Below, piece by piece: positions 1 through 13,472 of a DNA stretch of 43,753 nt. The notes beneath the pieces were generated by a model. That model was not told where the DNA came from. It ran no database searches and saw only the letters and a list, made by a program, of their open reading frames with translations. This stretch comes from Priapulus caudatus (Eukaryota). Numbering within the stretch: position 1 is the first letter of the stretch; every line of letters starts with the position of its first letter. The stretch spans positions 455,989-499,741 of the forward strand of contig NW_014577082.1 in the NCBI RefSeq assembly GCF_000485595.1, written 5' to 3'. The position numbers and the translations under genes are program-made.

Positions 1-18
1 ACAACATATATATATACT

Positions 19-61
<43 letters not shown>

Positions 62-259
62 AGCAGAGTGAGAAATGTGAACTGAGAATCGTTATTCAAA
101 TACGAGTTTCTATCGCGATGAGTCATACCGGCCCCTGGGAATAACCGTATAGGCGTGATTCAACGGTTCAACGGCCGAACCATCTCGGACATACGCTGCG
201 CACGTACATCGCGCGGCATATAGATCGATGATTATTGATCCAATGTGCTTCCCCCATAC

Positions 260-2174
260 CTTCCTACGTTCCTCGGCTGCCTGCAGCCTGCTTTCGAGCT
301 GCTCTGCGCTGAGGGGAGTAGATGAGTGAGGCCTTTCCTGCAGTTTACCGGGCGGGTCCGAATGCGGTGGCGCCAGTATCACTTCAAACGCGGCGCCACT
401 CGGCTTGGTGCTGATCGCCATGTCATCTGTGAACAGACGATCAGGCGTGCACTCGACAATCGGGGATCCCTTCTTTACGCATCCCGTTTTTCGATTACAT
501 GCGCTCCAGTTCAATGCGTGTTTGCGTGTAAACTAATTACAATACATGAAATGGTGCCACAGCGGTATTAAATGAAAACGATTAATTGCTATAAATGAAA
601 TGCTTTCTACGAACGCTAGAGCTGTATTGTAATTGTCGTGTAAACTAATTACAATGCATGAAATTGTGCTACAGCGATATTAAATTAAAACGTTTAAATT
701 CCTATAAATGAAATGGTTCCTACCAGGGGCGGATTCAGACCGTATTTGCCGTATTGGGAAATACGGTCTAGATTTCTAGATAAAGTGCCCTTCGAATTTT
801 TGCGCTAAAAAGTACAGAAAACAATTTGATGGAATTTGGCTATATTCTTGATTTGTTTTCTTTTTCTTCTGATTCATTGACAGGACTTGAAGGCGATCAA
901 AATTGTACATGGTAACAAAACTAGCTTTGATATCTGAAAGAGAAGGGAAGTGCTTGAATCATTCTGCATTAATTGCTGGTATACAAAGTGCAGGCAAAAT
1001 GAAGCAGAAATAAAATTCCATATGGTTTTTAGCTATTGCTGCTTGACTAAATGTGTGTTCAAATGGTGCTCATTTTTGTGCCCAGGGACCCTTGAAATTT
1101 CCTGGGGGAGGCCCCCCAGACCCCCCGCCATGTGCTTCCGCGCCTAACAGCGCCCACTGTGGGGTGGTGTGCTTTTTGGGGGGGATGTGCCCTTAAAATC
1201 TGGAAAAATACTGTCTAGTTTCAGCCCTGGATCCGCCCCTGCCTATACGAACGCTAGAGCTGTATTGTAATTGTCGCGCGAGGGCGTATGAGTCATCACA
1301 CACTGAAAGATGTGTTCCGATCAATATCTACAACGCGTCCTCCATCATACTATCGCCTGGACCTAAATTCACGCACGTTCTAATAAATAAATACATAACT
1401 AACTAACTAGCTAGCTATAGCTAATAGCTTAATAGAATCATATGATGTAATATATATATATATATATATAGGCCCTATATATATAATATAGTATATATTA
1501 ACATATATGCATACATTGTGTTTACGTATACAGATAGCTATAGGTATGCGTGTCACGTAATTATGTCAATTATACATTACGTTATACAATTAACGACGCG
1601 ACCCAATTTTTACGTCTGTTGGTCGGGATTATGCTGCCAGTGGCGAGGTTTCTGACGATATCGATCACATATATCGTAAGTACGCGACGACAAGAGCGCG
1701 TGTCCGTGTCTAACACACCCACAATGTCACGGTCGTTAGTTTGTATACAAGCAGCATTCAGTGCGCACGTGCAACATAGATAATTACGAATAAAGGACCT
1801 TCGCATGTTACAAAACGTGTTTAGTTGCAGTACGTAGTTAAAGCAATTAAAAATGTGTAGTATATACACAATATATTGTATACGAATCAAATCGTAGACA
1901 CCTCGCTAACATCGTAAAGAGAGGGCGGCGATATTAACTTCAATGCGATGTTGGTATCTCTCAGACTCTGGCTATACATTGTCAGGTCTGAAAACGTAAA
2001 CACGGGCGCATCAAACACATGCAATCATCCGCATTGCCAATTACACCATAAATACATACAGTCATACACTCGATCCAGCCTCCGGGTAGCGCGTGAGGCG
2101 TTTAGATGGGGCGGATTTGGATTGAACGGGCGAGGCATGGCAGTAAACACGCATACTTTTCACTTACCACTCAT
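260..2174 (-). CDS. STMN: Stathmin-family protein, first two coding exons (gene continues beyond the window start)
   Basis: Exon 2174-2168 (ATG AGT G|GTAAGT) splices in phase 1 to exon 426-260 (TTCACAG acceptor, AAG|GTATGG donor). Product MSDDMAISTKPSGAAFEVILAPPHSD...LSAEQLESRLQAAEERRK matches the stathmin motifs SGxAFExIL and L(E/Q)AAEERRK. Confidence 0.88.
724..1241. mobile_element. MITE in stathmin intron, inserted into the second copy of a ~110-bp tandem duplication
   Basis: TIRs CAGGGGCGGATTCAG / CTGGATCCGCCCCTG. The uninterrupted copy (CTACGAACGCTAGAGCTG, ~607-625) shows the empty site. No clean TSD. Confidence 0.8.
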
Positions 2175-2475
2175 CGTGCTCGTTGTTGCTCGCGATGCTC
2201 GTTCTCTTCCCTGTGTATCTTGTCGCTCGACTCGGCTCTAGTACTTCCTTACTCGGCAGCTGATTGGATCTGGGCGTAGTTACAGCTGTGCAAGTAGACG
2301 TCTACGACTGCAGTCGATTAATGGCAGCTACGCCACATGCGCAACATGCAAGCCCAGGAAGAGAGAGGGGGTGGAGAGAAAGGGGCACAGAGAGAGAGGG
2401 GGGGCGGAGATGAAGAGAGAGGGAGGAGGAAGAGAGGGCGACGGTAAAACAGACTGGCTGGAGGAGCTGATAGGT

Positions 2476-2477
<2 letters not shown>

Positions 2478-2540
<63 letters not shown>

Positions 2541-2550
2541 GGAGAGAGAG
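2478..2550. repeat. (AG)n microsatellite within a purine-rich tract
   Basis: Directly visible. Confidence 0.95.
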
Positions 2551-3744
2551 CGATAACGAGCGAGAGAGACACCGCACGCGGAACAACAGGTAGTAAGAGA
2601 GGAAAAGGGATGGAGGAGAGACGGAGTGACATATAGAGAGATAATGTGTCGTTTCATATAATATGTGTTAAACCCGAAAACAATGAAGTTATTCTCATAC
2701 GTAATCGCAATTACGTACACTACGACTTACCTGAGTATCCTTTTACCGGGATTGCGATTTCATCAGGTGTTCCGTCTACACTTGGCAGCTGGAATGGAAG
2801 CCTTGCAAAAGTTTACAGGCTTTATAGGTATGTGTGGAGTGACGCACTCGTCTAGTGACGCACTCGTCTGTAGCGTACACGTTAAACGGTCGTGTTGTCA
2901 GGGAACTCGTTCTGTCTCCACCTTTTTCGTTTGAAATGTCCAATACGGAGGTCGCGCAGATCGTAGAGAGACATCACGTGGCAGAAGCGTCTGCCGGGCC
3001 GCGAGTAGCCTACGTTATGCAACCAATGAACATGTCACAGGGTTTGAAAGTTTCCGTTGAGGAACGTTTTTCCTAAATCACTGCGTCCGCATGTAGACAT
3101 AAATAGCAGACTACATATTATTCATCCTCTACGGCTCGTATGAGTCACTCGCGCAACAACCTCGACTTGCAACAGCTTACAACTGCTCATGCGTTTTACG
3201 AACACGCCTATTATTCAGTTGCTGTGAGATCATTTGCGCCCACCGGCTACTAACGGCACCAACCGTAACAGCACCAACGGATCGATCGGGTTAAACGAGT
3301 GTCCTTTTGGGCGGTTACTTTATATTATCTGAGTTGAATTAAGTTTACTGGGTTTTTATTTCATACAGATATAATTTCGATGTAAGTATTGATAAGGGGC
3401 TACTGTGTTCGTGCCAGCCTCCGTGTAAAATAGTGAACTCGTAATCTTATATTGCATTCTGTACACCATATATATTATAAATCGCTCGTGATACTAGTAT
3501 GGTATTATGCGTGCTTAATGATACTCGAGGGGAAAAGAGATGGAGGGTGAGATAAAATTGTTTGAGTTGGAGAGAAAGGGGGCAGGAAATGGGGAGAGAA
3601 AGAAAGAAAGAAAGAGAGAGCGCGTGAGAGACAGGGCGAGAAAGAAAAAGAAAGATATAGTAATAATTTCAAGAGCTAACAATATCTCTAAATAGCATCA
3701 AACTGAATAGGTATTATTAGCTCTTGATAATTTATTTATTTATC

Positions 3745-4181
<437 letters not shown>

Positions 4182-4239
4182 GAGGAGAGAGAGAGGGGGA
4201 GGTATGTATGAGGAGAGGTATTACCCCTGCCTTTTTTAG

Positions 4240-4540
4240 GCCCACAAACTGTTTGTGGTGGCTAAAAAAATTTTAGGACCACAAACTGTTTGTGGTGGCT
4301 AAGAAATCTTTAGGTCCAAAAACTTTTTGTGGTGGCTAAGAAACCTTAAGGTCCACAAACTGTTTGTGGTGGCCAAGAAATTTTTTGGTCCAAAAACTGT
4401 TTGTGGTGGCTAAGAAACTTTTAGGTCCACAAACTGTTTGTGGTGGCTAAGAATTTTTTTGCGTCCACAAACAGTTTGTGGTGGCTAAGAATTGTTTAGG
4501 TCCGCAAACTGTTTGTGGTGTCTAAGAAATTTTTGGGTCT
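4240..4540. repeat. ~36-37 bp minisatellite (CCACAAACTGTTTGTGGTGGCTAAGAAATTTTTAGGT), about 8 copies
   Basis: Tandem units, each containing the palindrome CCACAAAC-T-GTTTGTGG. Confidence 0.9.
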
Positions 4541-5067
4541 ATTGCTAAAAACTAAGAGCTTCCGGGGGGCTCCGCCCCCTAGATCCCGGGCTAGCTAGGG
4601 CTCTACTGCTGCACCCCGCCAGGGGCCCTAGGGTGGGCTCCTGGACTCCACCCAATAAGGGCTTCACCCAAAGGCCTTGCTGTGTGTGCTATATGCTCAC
4701 ACACACTTCGTTTACATTGTGATCATAAATACAGTTAGTGAACATAGATATATGTATATATAATATCAGGATTGAATAAAAACAAACGTTTGCTTTTATT
4801 CACTCCTGGTGATATATGTGATTTCCACTATAACAAAATCAGTTGAGTCCATACAGCTGCCATGTAATTTTTACAGATAATAATTTGAATATGTGCTCAT
4901 CCCTATATATTCTATTACAATGTTTCTTAGTCATTCTATTGTTTCATGAATTTAGTGAGTATCAGCCCCCGCAGCGATAATTACCTGCATGGTTCATTAT
5001 TATCTAGTACACCCACGCACGGACGTGCGCACACATACGCGCCCACGCGTGCATTACGTACACCATG

Positions 5068-5180
5068 CACAGGCCCTTGGAGGTTCAAGTTTCAACAAGA
5101 GTATAAGAGCGAAGCGGTATATATAATACCCCGCTTCGCTCTTATACTCTTCTTGAAACTTGAGCCTCCAAGGGCCTGTG
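5068..5180. repeat. 113-bp near-perfect inverted repeat (hairpin)
   Basis: CACAGGCCCTTGGAGG...AAGAGCGAAGCGG pairs with CCGCTTCGCTCTT...CCTCCAAGGGCCTGTG around a short AT-rich loop. Confidence 0.9.
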
Positions 5181-5576
5181 ATTACACGATCGATATGAAC
5201 AAGAAACTAGGAACTTCAGTGACAACTTATTATGGCCTATATTGAAGTGACTATACGCACGGCGGCCGTGTGGATAAGAATTCAGTAAACATTTTGGCAA
5301 AAAAACTCGCTTCGGGAGCCAATGTTTACGAGAGTGACTATACGCACGGCGGCCGTGTGGCCGACTCAATATGGCTATACGCACGGCGGCCGGGCGGCCG
5401 TGTNNNNNNNNNNNNNNNNNNNNNNNNNGGCTTTCTGTAGTACCCAGAGGGCTTCGAGTAGTTAGTTCTACATAGAGGGCAGCGAATTGGATCAAAAGGC
5501 GCTGCGAGGCGGCGCTGTTCGCGCTTCGCGCGTATATCCGGGCTGCAGATCGTCTAGGGAGTCGCCTACGCCTACT

Positions 5577-5768
5577 CCCTAACCCTAACCCTAACCCGCC
5601 CAACCCTAACCCTAATCCTAACCCTAACCATACCAAATAGTGACCAGGGTACGTTCCGGTATACCGGACCGTACCCAGGGTACGTTCCGGCAGTACCCTG
5701 GGGGACATAGACCCTAGCTATGAGCAACTCTAACCCTAACTCTATCCCTAACCTTAACCCTCACCCTA
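5577..5768. repeat. Degenerate interstitial (CCCTAA)n repeats with a palindromic insert
   Basis: CCCTAA arrays at ~5577-5630 and ~5728-5768 flank two CAGGGTACGTTCCGG repeats. Confidence 0.75.
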
Positions 5769-6099
5769 TCTACATATATCTACATATCTGTACAGTAGTA
5801 CCTGATACGACAACGACCCCATCTGCGCCAGTATACACCTTACCGCCAGAGATACACCATAGTCCATACTCCATAGTACCGCCAGAGATACACATTGGAG
5901 TTATATACATACTATATATACATAAAATGTATTTGCACAGTCGAAATCTACTGTAGTTGGTACTTATTTATCGTTCAATTTAAAATAAAAAACTATCGGT
6001 AACTGGTACGCCTACCTGGTGTGAGGTATGATTTTATTTATAATAAGTATGCTCCACTTACTCGCTTGTGCTTGATTTTCTCATTATCATTTTTAACAG

Positions 6100-7189
6100 G
6101 TATTCACCGTTCGTTCAGGTGGGACAACGGGAGTCAGTGTTAAAGGTCGCAGTGAAAAAAGCAACATGACTTTTAGGTAAAATAATATAAGCAGTACTGT
6201 GTGATTCTCAAGTGAATATCTGCTGACAAATGCAATTATAGCATCATATATCATTCTATAACCAGTATCATAGAACGCATACATCTCTAATTTTATGGGT
6301 TAGACGTTTCAAATTTATTTGTTCGAGCAAAGCATATTATATATATCAAGAGTACATAATAGAGATCTCTATTACTTACTCTTGATATATATGTATATAT
6401 GCAGTAACATCATATGATTATGAAATTGCTATTTACAGAATGGAAGACAAAGGGAAGATTGAGTCAATTAAATTTTCACCAGATTTAAGAGTGCTTGCTG
6501 TACAAAGGTCCCAAACAACAGTAGAATTCATCAACTTTATAGAAGGAATGGATGTTATGGAATATTCACAAGCATGCAAGGTACATGTGACTGATAGGTT
6601 CTAGCTGTATGTCGATGTTGACTGATAAGTAAATGTGCAAAGGATATCATTTGTTTGAATGTATATGGCAATTATGTATTTTTGACAATCAATCCATTCT
6701 TTATTCATTCTTTCTTAATTTGTTTATTTGTCATGTGCTTAAATTATAAACTGTTACATTGTTTTTCATTGCTGTGGATTTACCAACTGTTGTTTAAATT
6801 CGATTTTATTTAAGTTTTGTATAAAAACCTCATACTAAATAGTAGTCTATAATTTAGGGGAAGTCAACAAGAATTTTGGGATTCAACTGGACTGGATTAA
6901 ATGAAATAGTTTTTGTCACAGATCATGGACTAGAATTATATCAGGTAAGATTTCACAACAGTTCTATAGATGATGAAGTTCTATAGAGGATGTTTATATA
7001 TCTATTACTATATATAGCCATATATAATGTATGGCACATCTAAAAATTATATATAATATATATATTATATATATATATATATGGTATATATAAATAATAA
7101 ATATAGAAAAATAGAATAAGTCAAATTTTTATTTTGCGAACTTTGGAGGACATATTTTTACGACATTACATGTCTTTTCTTCAAGCAAT

Positions 7190-7222
<33 letters not shown>

Positions 7223-10200
7223 GGAGATATATATATATATATATATCCTGGTTGTGATGCATAATATAATATATACTAGTTGGCTATTTTACATAGGTAC
7301 ATAGGTAGTTACATAGGTTTTGTGGTAGTTTGTAAGTATATAATATATTGTTTTACTATGATAAATCGTTTACAGGTGCTTCCAGAGAAAAGAACATTGA
7401 AGCCCATTAAGACACACAATACTGTTGTCAACTGGTTGTCTGCTTGCCTGATAGCAACATAGTCTTCTGTCACCGGCACTCTAGGAAACGTTATGCTGCC
7501 TTTCTTTCATTAAAGTAGGCATTATGAATTTACTGTACTGATTTTTCTGAATTTTACTGAATATAAAAAAACATTAACAAAATGTCAAAACACGATGTAC
7601 TCCAGATAACAATCTTGCTCTGTTTTATTATAGATTTCACAATATGTGAGAAAAAGGGAAACCAAAGACACATGTTATTCTATGCTGAAGGGTAGGAACA
7701 ACAAATGCAAATTTAAGAGCACCGCAATTTGAAAAAGATGAATGTGCCTAGAATGACGCCAAAAAAAAGAAACAGAATGTGTTTGTTGCTTGGATAGGGG
7801 GGGCGGGGGGGTGTGATGTGAGCCTGCGACTTGTGAGTTTGACTCATCAGCAATACTAAATTAGGGAAAAATTATAATTGATAGAATTGATAAATTATCA
7901 TTTGTGTATATTTTCTCTTCATCATCACTGCTATAAAAAAAGTTTTAGTAATGACATTTTATAATTTATTTTCAACATTTTTCATTGTGACCATGAACAC
8001 ACACATGTATATAACGTGAGGATACATTTGTTCATTGTATAACCAGTAAGACATATAAGTACAGTAAAAGTACAGTATAAGACAGTAAGACTATAGTCTG
8101 CACTCAATAAGTTTCATTTACAGGTCACTTAATTCTTTGCTTGTGTGCAGCCATCCATTTGTTCGTCTATAAATATTTTTTGACCCAGGTGGATTGGTAT
8201 AGCAGTAGGAATTTGTGTAGTACCTCTACTAGTAACTATACCTCTTTTTTGGTTAGATATGGGCAATTATATGTTGTGGTGCTGAGACACCAACCAAGAG
8301 TTGGAGGTCAGCCTAATGCTGAGGTCTGCCTCTACCAACTTCACAGGTACGTATCTTCACACCAAGTATCCTGTTTAGAGCTACGTTACACCTGCTTTCT
8401 GCGATGAAGACGTGTAACATTTTCATAGAAGTGAATTTTGGTGTTGTAAGAACAGATATTGCACTAGCTGTAGTGGTTCTGGAAGTAAATCTTACATGAA
8501 TTCCATAGAACATTGTTTTAATGGACAGCAAGGTCACCTATCAGATTAGACTTCTTGACATTAGAAGTCATCATTGCTATTCACTTAATAGTGTTTGTGT
8601 GAGTTTTTTTAAATTGTATAATTACACATTCGATCTCCTTTATTTTAAATTTTGTTGTCTTTGTAAATTGAGTGTATAATCCTTTATTATGGTATATATG
8701 TGAAAGGCAGCGGAATATAAGAATTAAAACACGGGGTAGTCTAAACTATACATATGTAAATTAAAAATATATTGCCAAATGTATCTATCGTTTATTTGTA
8801 TTTAATTGATTTCAACTCCAATTACATTGAAATGTTTCACACCGCTAACGTGTCTTACGTGCCTTTACATAATAATTGCTCTGAATAAAACTCTTGGTTT
8901 AGTATCTCATGATGTTGCAGGGAAAGTCCGGCAAGGAAAACGGATGTGCTACGGTTGGAGATGAGCGGCAGGTTCGCTGTGAATGTCGTGGATAGCCTGC
9001 TGGTTGTTCATCACCAGACATCACAGGCATGTGTCACACGTATAAGACTAGCTACAGAATGGAACGAATTTATTTAGCCTTGATTAACACAACAAACAGT
9101 ATTACTTCAGTATTAATCACTTCATTGAATTGCTAAATAGGTTCACTAATTTGTCTACGTGGGGTACGTGTTTCCATGAAACAGTACAATAGAAAAGCTG
9201 GCCAGGGATTATCTTTGCATATGCATTGACTATCATGGAATTATATAAGTAGATTAAATTTAATGTAAATGTATCTTTTTCAGACTTCGATGGTGTTTGA
9301 CATCAGACTGGCAAAGGATTCTGATGGTTACGTAAACTACCACCACCCAGTGTGTCCTCCACTGTCGATTAAATCATTTACATTTCAACTTCCCATAGCA
9401 CCAACACATCTACCAAATGAAACAACGGAAACGCAATGTGATCTCTGTATCCTTGTCAACAGTTCTCAAATTAATAACATATAACATAAGAAAGTATCTG
9501 TGATTATGAACCAAGTACCATATAGTATTACAATTTGTAGCATAAATTTTCACTCTCGTCATCAGTTCCTTAACAGCTTCAAACAGATTCATCCAACTGG
9601 GTAGTCTTCCAACCAAACATTGTGATAGATGCAAAATGGGGTAAGTACATTGTCATTAGAGTACGGCTTCCCCCTTTAATTAAGCCGTATATTAGGGGTG
9701 AATAAAAACGAATTTCTTTTTATTTACTCCTGATATGCGTGCCCATGATCAGTAAAGTTGGAATAGGCCATTGCAGTTGTTCCCATACACTTTCATTGCT
9801 CCTGCATGGTATTTATCAGTGGTGCAGCCACATTCGTGCAGTGGGAGTCTCAATGCATATTTTCTTGGCTCCTGCAGGATGCTTATGGACTGTGCAGCTA
9901 AATTTGCAGCCGATGATCAACATGTTTCCCGACAAGTTGAAGCTGATGGACTTTCTGCTGCAACGCAGCGATTCCAAGATGACGGTGCTAACTGTGTGTC
10001 TGCTGGCGCTATCGCCCGGCCCCCAGCAGTGTGGGCTGCGCACCATTAGTCAACTCTACGACAAACTCAATGCCATCTACAAGGATCACCTTGACTCGAA
10101 GAGTCAGGTGCGTGCGGATAAGCGCAAGAACGACATTGTGATAACAGGCGCATGGCCAACCTGTGACGATTGGTTGATAGTAAGCGTGGATGTACGTGCT

Positions 10201-12186
10201 TCTAGTCGTGTGATTGCTGCTGGGGCGAGTGGGGTTTAATGGGCATAAAAGGGGGGTTAAAGATTTAAATGCAGCGTAGAAGTTCATTTCTTGAAAACTC
10301 ACTGAAGTAATTGTTTTCACTTACCTTAACTTCTCAATTGCATTTAACACAATATAGTTTGCTACAAATATTGACGATTAAATCTCAGCGCGTTTTGACT
10401 TCAGGGTGCTGAAGCAGTTGCCCCCAGTACATCCCAGGTAGTCGTGGACCAGTCAGACATGTACACTTACGTACTTTCCCGGTTCGTCGATAGTATCGAC
10501 GCGAGCGGCAATTACAAGTTTGTCGTCGCCGTACTCATCGACTACATCCGCTCATTGAACCAGAATCGCATTCACGTCCAGGTAATCTCAATACGCACAC
10601 AACACACAAGAAACGTGACTACAGGCAAACACGCACTTGGCATTTTTGAGTGCAAGCAGTCAAAAATGAGAATACTGAACACTCGCATCAACTGGAATCG
10701 TTTGAGAGAATACTCGGTCATGTAAGGGGATTGGAATGTTCAAAGTCCGTTCGAGGTATAGATGATTTACACCAATTAGTTTTTTTTACCTTATGTAGTT
10801 ACATCATTTCTTTGTTTTGAATATTCCTGGGAGAAAAGATCTATTGTGCAGACTGTGTAAAATGTAGGTGATGTGTTTATTGTGTATGTACTCTCTGCTT
10901 CCACCGAGCAGCACCTGAGCTTGTTGTGAAGGCATCCTCTACTTTTTCGTAAAGCCACCTGTGCATGTTGTGCAGCCATACTCTGTTTCGTCTCAGCACT
11001 ACCTCTATGAGCTGTTGATCAACACCCTAGTGCAGAATGGCTGCTTCTATCAGCTCCACCAGATGATGCAGTACCATGTCCTGAGCGACTCGAAACACCT
11101 CGCCTGTCTGCTGCTCTCACTCGAGAGCGTTTACCCTCCTGCTCACCAGCTGGCGCTCGATATGCTCAAGGTATGTTGTGTGTGTGTGGGGGGGGGGGGG
11201 GGGAGACACATACACATAAAACGCATAACCTAGTGATTTTAATTTCACTATGTAAGTGCATGTGCTAGAAAACTGAGTGGCTAAATATTGTTCGTGTTCT
11301 TTTACAAGAACTGGGTAGACATATTATATATATTATGTACTATTTCTTGCCTTTATAAGTATCTTACATGACTGAAAATATCATGTGAAATAAAATTATT
11401 TTTCCTATATTATGAGCAAAAACCTTTCGAATATGAAGCTGATCTCGATCTTTTTTAATTAAAATGGTAACACGAATATTGCAGAGGCTTTCGACTGCCA
11501 ATGAAGAAATTATTGAAGTGCTTTTGTCAACGCATCAGCTATTTTCAGCTCTTAGGTATGTAGTACAAAAGCATCTGTAATATATTTCTGTACACAGCGC
11601 GTACCTGACAGTCTACACTGACTCATTTGAGATATTATCGCTAGATGATGTCAAGGCTGCTGTTCTGGTCAGAATTTATGCATATAAAGCAGTAATATCA
11701 TTACTGTAAAACAATCGGCGCTACATCTGTACTGCTCATGTCTGTTTATAGCGTGAAAGACCACATTCGAATTGTTCACTGAAGAAATCCATAGGTGTTT
11801 TCCCTGCCACAGGTTTGTGAAGACTGTTGGTCAGGTGGATCAGATATCAGCACGGAAATTCCTTGAGGTAGCATTGAGCACAGAGAACAACCAACTGTTC
11901 TACACTGTCTTCAAGTTCTTTGAACAGAGAAATTTACGATTAAGAGGAAGGCCGGACTTCCCCAAAGGTGAGACATTTCTCTGAGCGCAATCTTTGAGTA
12001 GGCATTGTGGTGGCGGTAGGCTTGCACTTGGTCTAGAATTTAATTTTCATTGCTGCCATGCATATGACCGCACCTAATGAGACTGACGTGATTCTATTTG
12101 TCGCAGGAGAACACTGCGAATCGTACGTGAAGCACTTTGAGTCACTTTACGGATCAGAAGCACTAGGACAGCCTCTGCAGACGTAA
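6100..12186 (+). CDS. RMC1: Regulator of MON1-CCZ1 complex (RMC1/C18orf8/Mic1), multi-exon, 5'-incomplete
   Basis: Exons 6100-6176, 6439-6580, 6858-6944, 7376-7514 (frameshifted), 8257-8346, 8921-9026, 9284-9446, 9587-9640, 9878-10107, 10405-10581, 10997-11170, 11485-11555, 11813-11967, 12107-12186 (TAA). Splice phases are compatible except across the 7376-7514 exon and the following gap. Peptides VFTVRSGG, YGQLYVV, DQSDMYTYVL, QYHVLSDSKHLACLLLSLESVYPPAHQLALDMLK, ISARKFL, FFEQRNLRLRG and GEHCE match human RMC1 as I recall it. Exon 1 and one internal exon were not found. Confidence 0.93.
9027..9283 (+). other. GC-AG intron in RMC1
   Basis: The donor CAG|GCATGT at 9026/9027 gives a gap-free join HHQTSQ|TSMVFDI, colinear with human HHQDTE|TSVIFDI. 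Confidence 0.75.
9447..9586 (+). other. U12-type (minor spliceosome) GT-AG intron in RMC1
   Basis: 5' splice site GTATCCTT at 9447; branch point TTCCTTAAC at 9566-9574, 12 nt before the exon start at 9587; no polypyrimidine tract. Splicing restores ...QCDL-Y-SSNWVVFQP. Confidence 0.92.
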
Positions 12187-12721
12187 CTAGTCCCAGGTGC
12201 CAGGATATCGTTAACTGTACTTATCCTCCCTACGCGCAGAACAATACGATACGTCATAAACAAGCAGGTGACTTACGAATAACACTGAATTCTATATAAA
12301 ACTGGGCACATTGTGATCCAGGATCATAAGTCATCTGGTCAAATAAATTAAACTGATTTTGGTAACTTGCTCTAAGTTACCGATTTTATTTAAGTGAATT
12401 CAGGGTCCCCCATACTAACCTACCATATGTACACTATTAGACAGAAAACAGACGTTGTTTGTCTAAATATTGTTATTGATATAAATTTTACAAAATTAAA
12501 AATTAAAATTAATTTCTAACCATTGAATCCTGCAACATTGTGTGGCAGAGAGAATCAATGTATGTGATTCACAATCCTGATTTCCTAAATATTTTTGCTT
12601 CCTAGAAATTAATTGTTTCTTTATGATTACTGGTGTTCATACAACAGTCACTGAGAATAATAGCTCACTCGTATCAGCTGGTATGCACATGCTTAAATGT
12701 GTTATGTAGTGCAATATAACC

Positions 12722-12799
12722 CAGGGGCCCCATTGTCAGAAACAAAATTAGTCTTAACATTAGCATTAACTTTACGATGTTTCTGACAACGGCCCCCTG
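12722..12799. mobile_element. 78-bp miniature inverted-repeat element
   Basis: CAGGGGCCCCATTGTCAGAAAC ... GTTTCTGACAACGGCCCCCTG. Confidence 0.6.
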
Positions 12800-13472
12800 A
12801 CATATATACTAGTCATCGGGATCCAATTGTATACCGTCAAGAGCTAATCATACCTATTATTATATTATAAGCTCTTGATACCATATGGCCCTCATAAATT
12901 ATACCCTTGTAATACGACATTAGGATTGGGATCACGTCGCATATTCAAGTGACTTTGCAGCCATTAGCTTACTGCTGTGCATGTACACAGGTGCATTGTT
13001 GAAGTTATGTATCATGTTATCACATACTTGTAATGTTAATTATAGACTTCACCCAAATAAAATTGCATCTAGAGGAATTATATAATATTACATATATTAT
13101 TATAAAGTTAATGCAAGCCCCATAAAATAAACAATATATGTATGGATTAGTTTACTTAAAATTCCATAATTGGGAAAGAGATTATTATAATTTGATATAA
13201 GTTTGTTGTAACTGTTGGTAAGAACTTGACATATATATATATTTAAACATTGTATTTGTAAATATGTGTAAAATATTGTTTATTTAACATCTGATTTAAC
13301 ATCTGATTTTTAATGAAAAGAGATACCTTGTTATCTTGGAATTATGTTTGTAAAAAAGTCGCGTTAAAAATGCTGTTCTCAATTGGCTCCACATTCCTTT
13401 TTAGCACAAAAACTAGATGACATCCTGGACCAGGTGGTCCTCTTACAAACCGAAGCCTACACTATAAATAAA

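Noticed and set aside
4240..4540. 36-37 bp palindromic repeats resembling a CRISPR array
   Set aside because: Units are directly tandem with no unique spacers, there are no cas genes, and the context is eukaryotic.
5232..5288. MAYIEV... as RMC1 exon 1
   Set aside because: The frame closes after 18 codons, lacks the conserved FFDxxNxQ motif and runs into a repeated element.
10323..10331. Second U12 branch-point-like CCTTAAC in RMC1
   Set aside because: The intron's 5' site is GTGCGT (U2-type) and the motif is ~75 nt from the acceptor.
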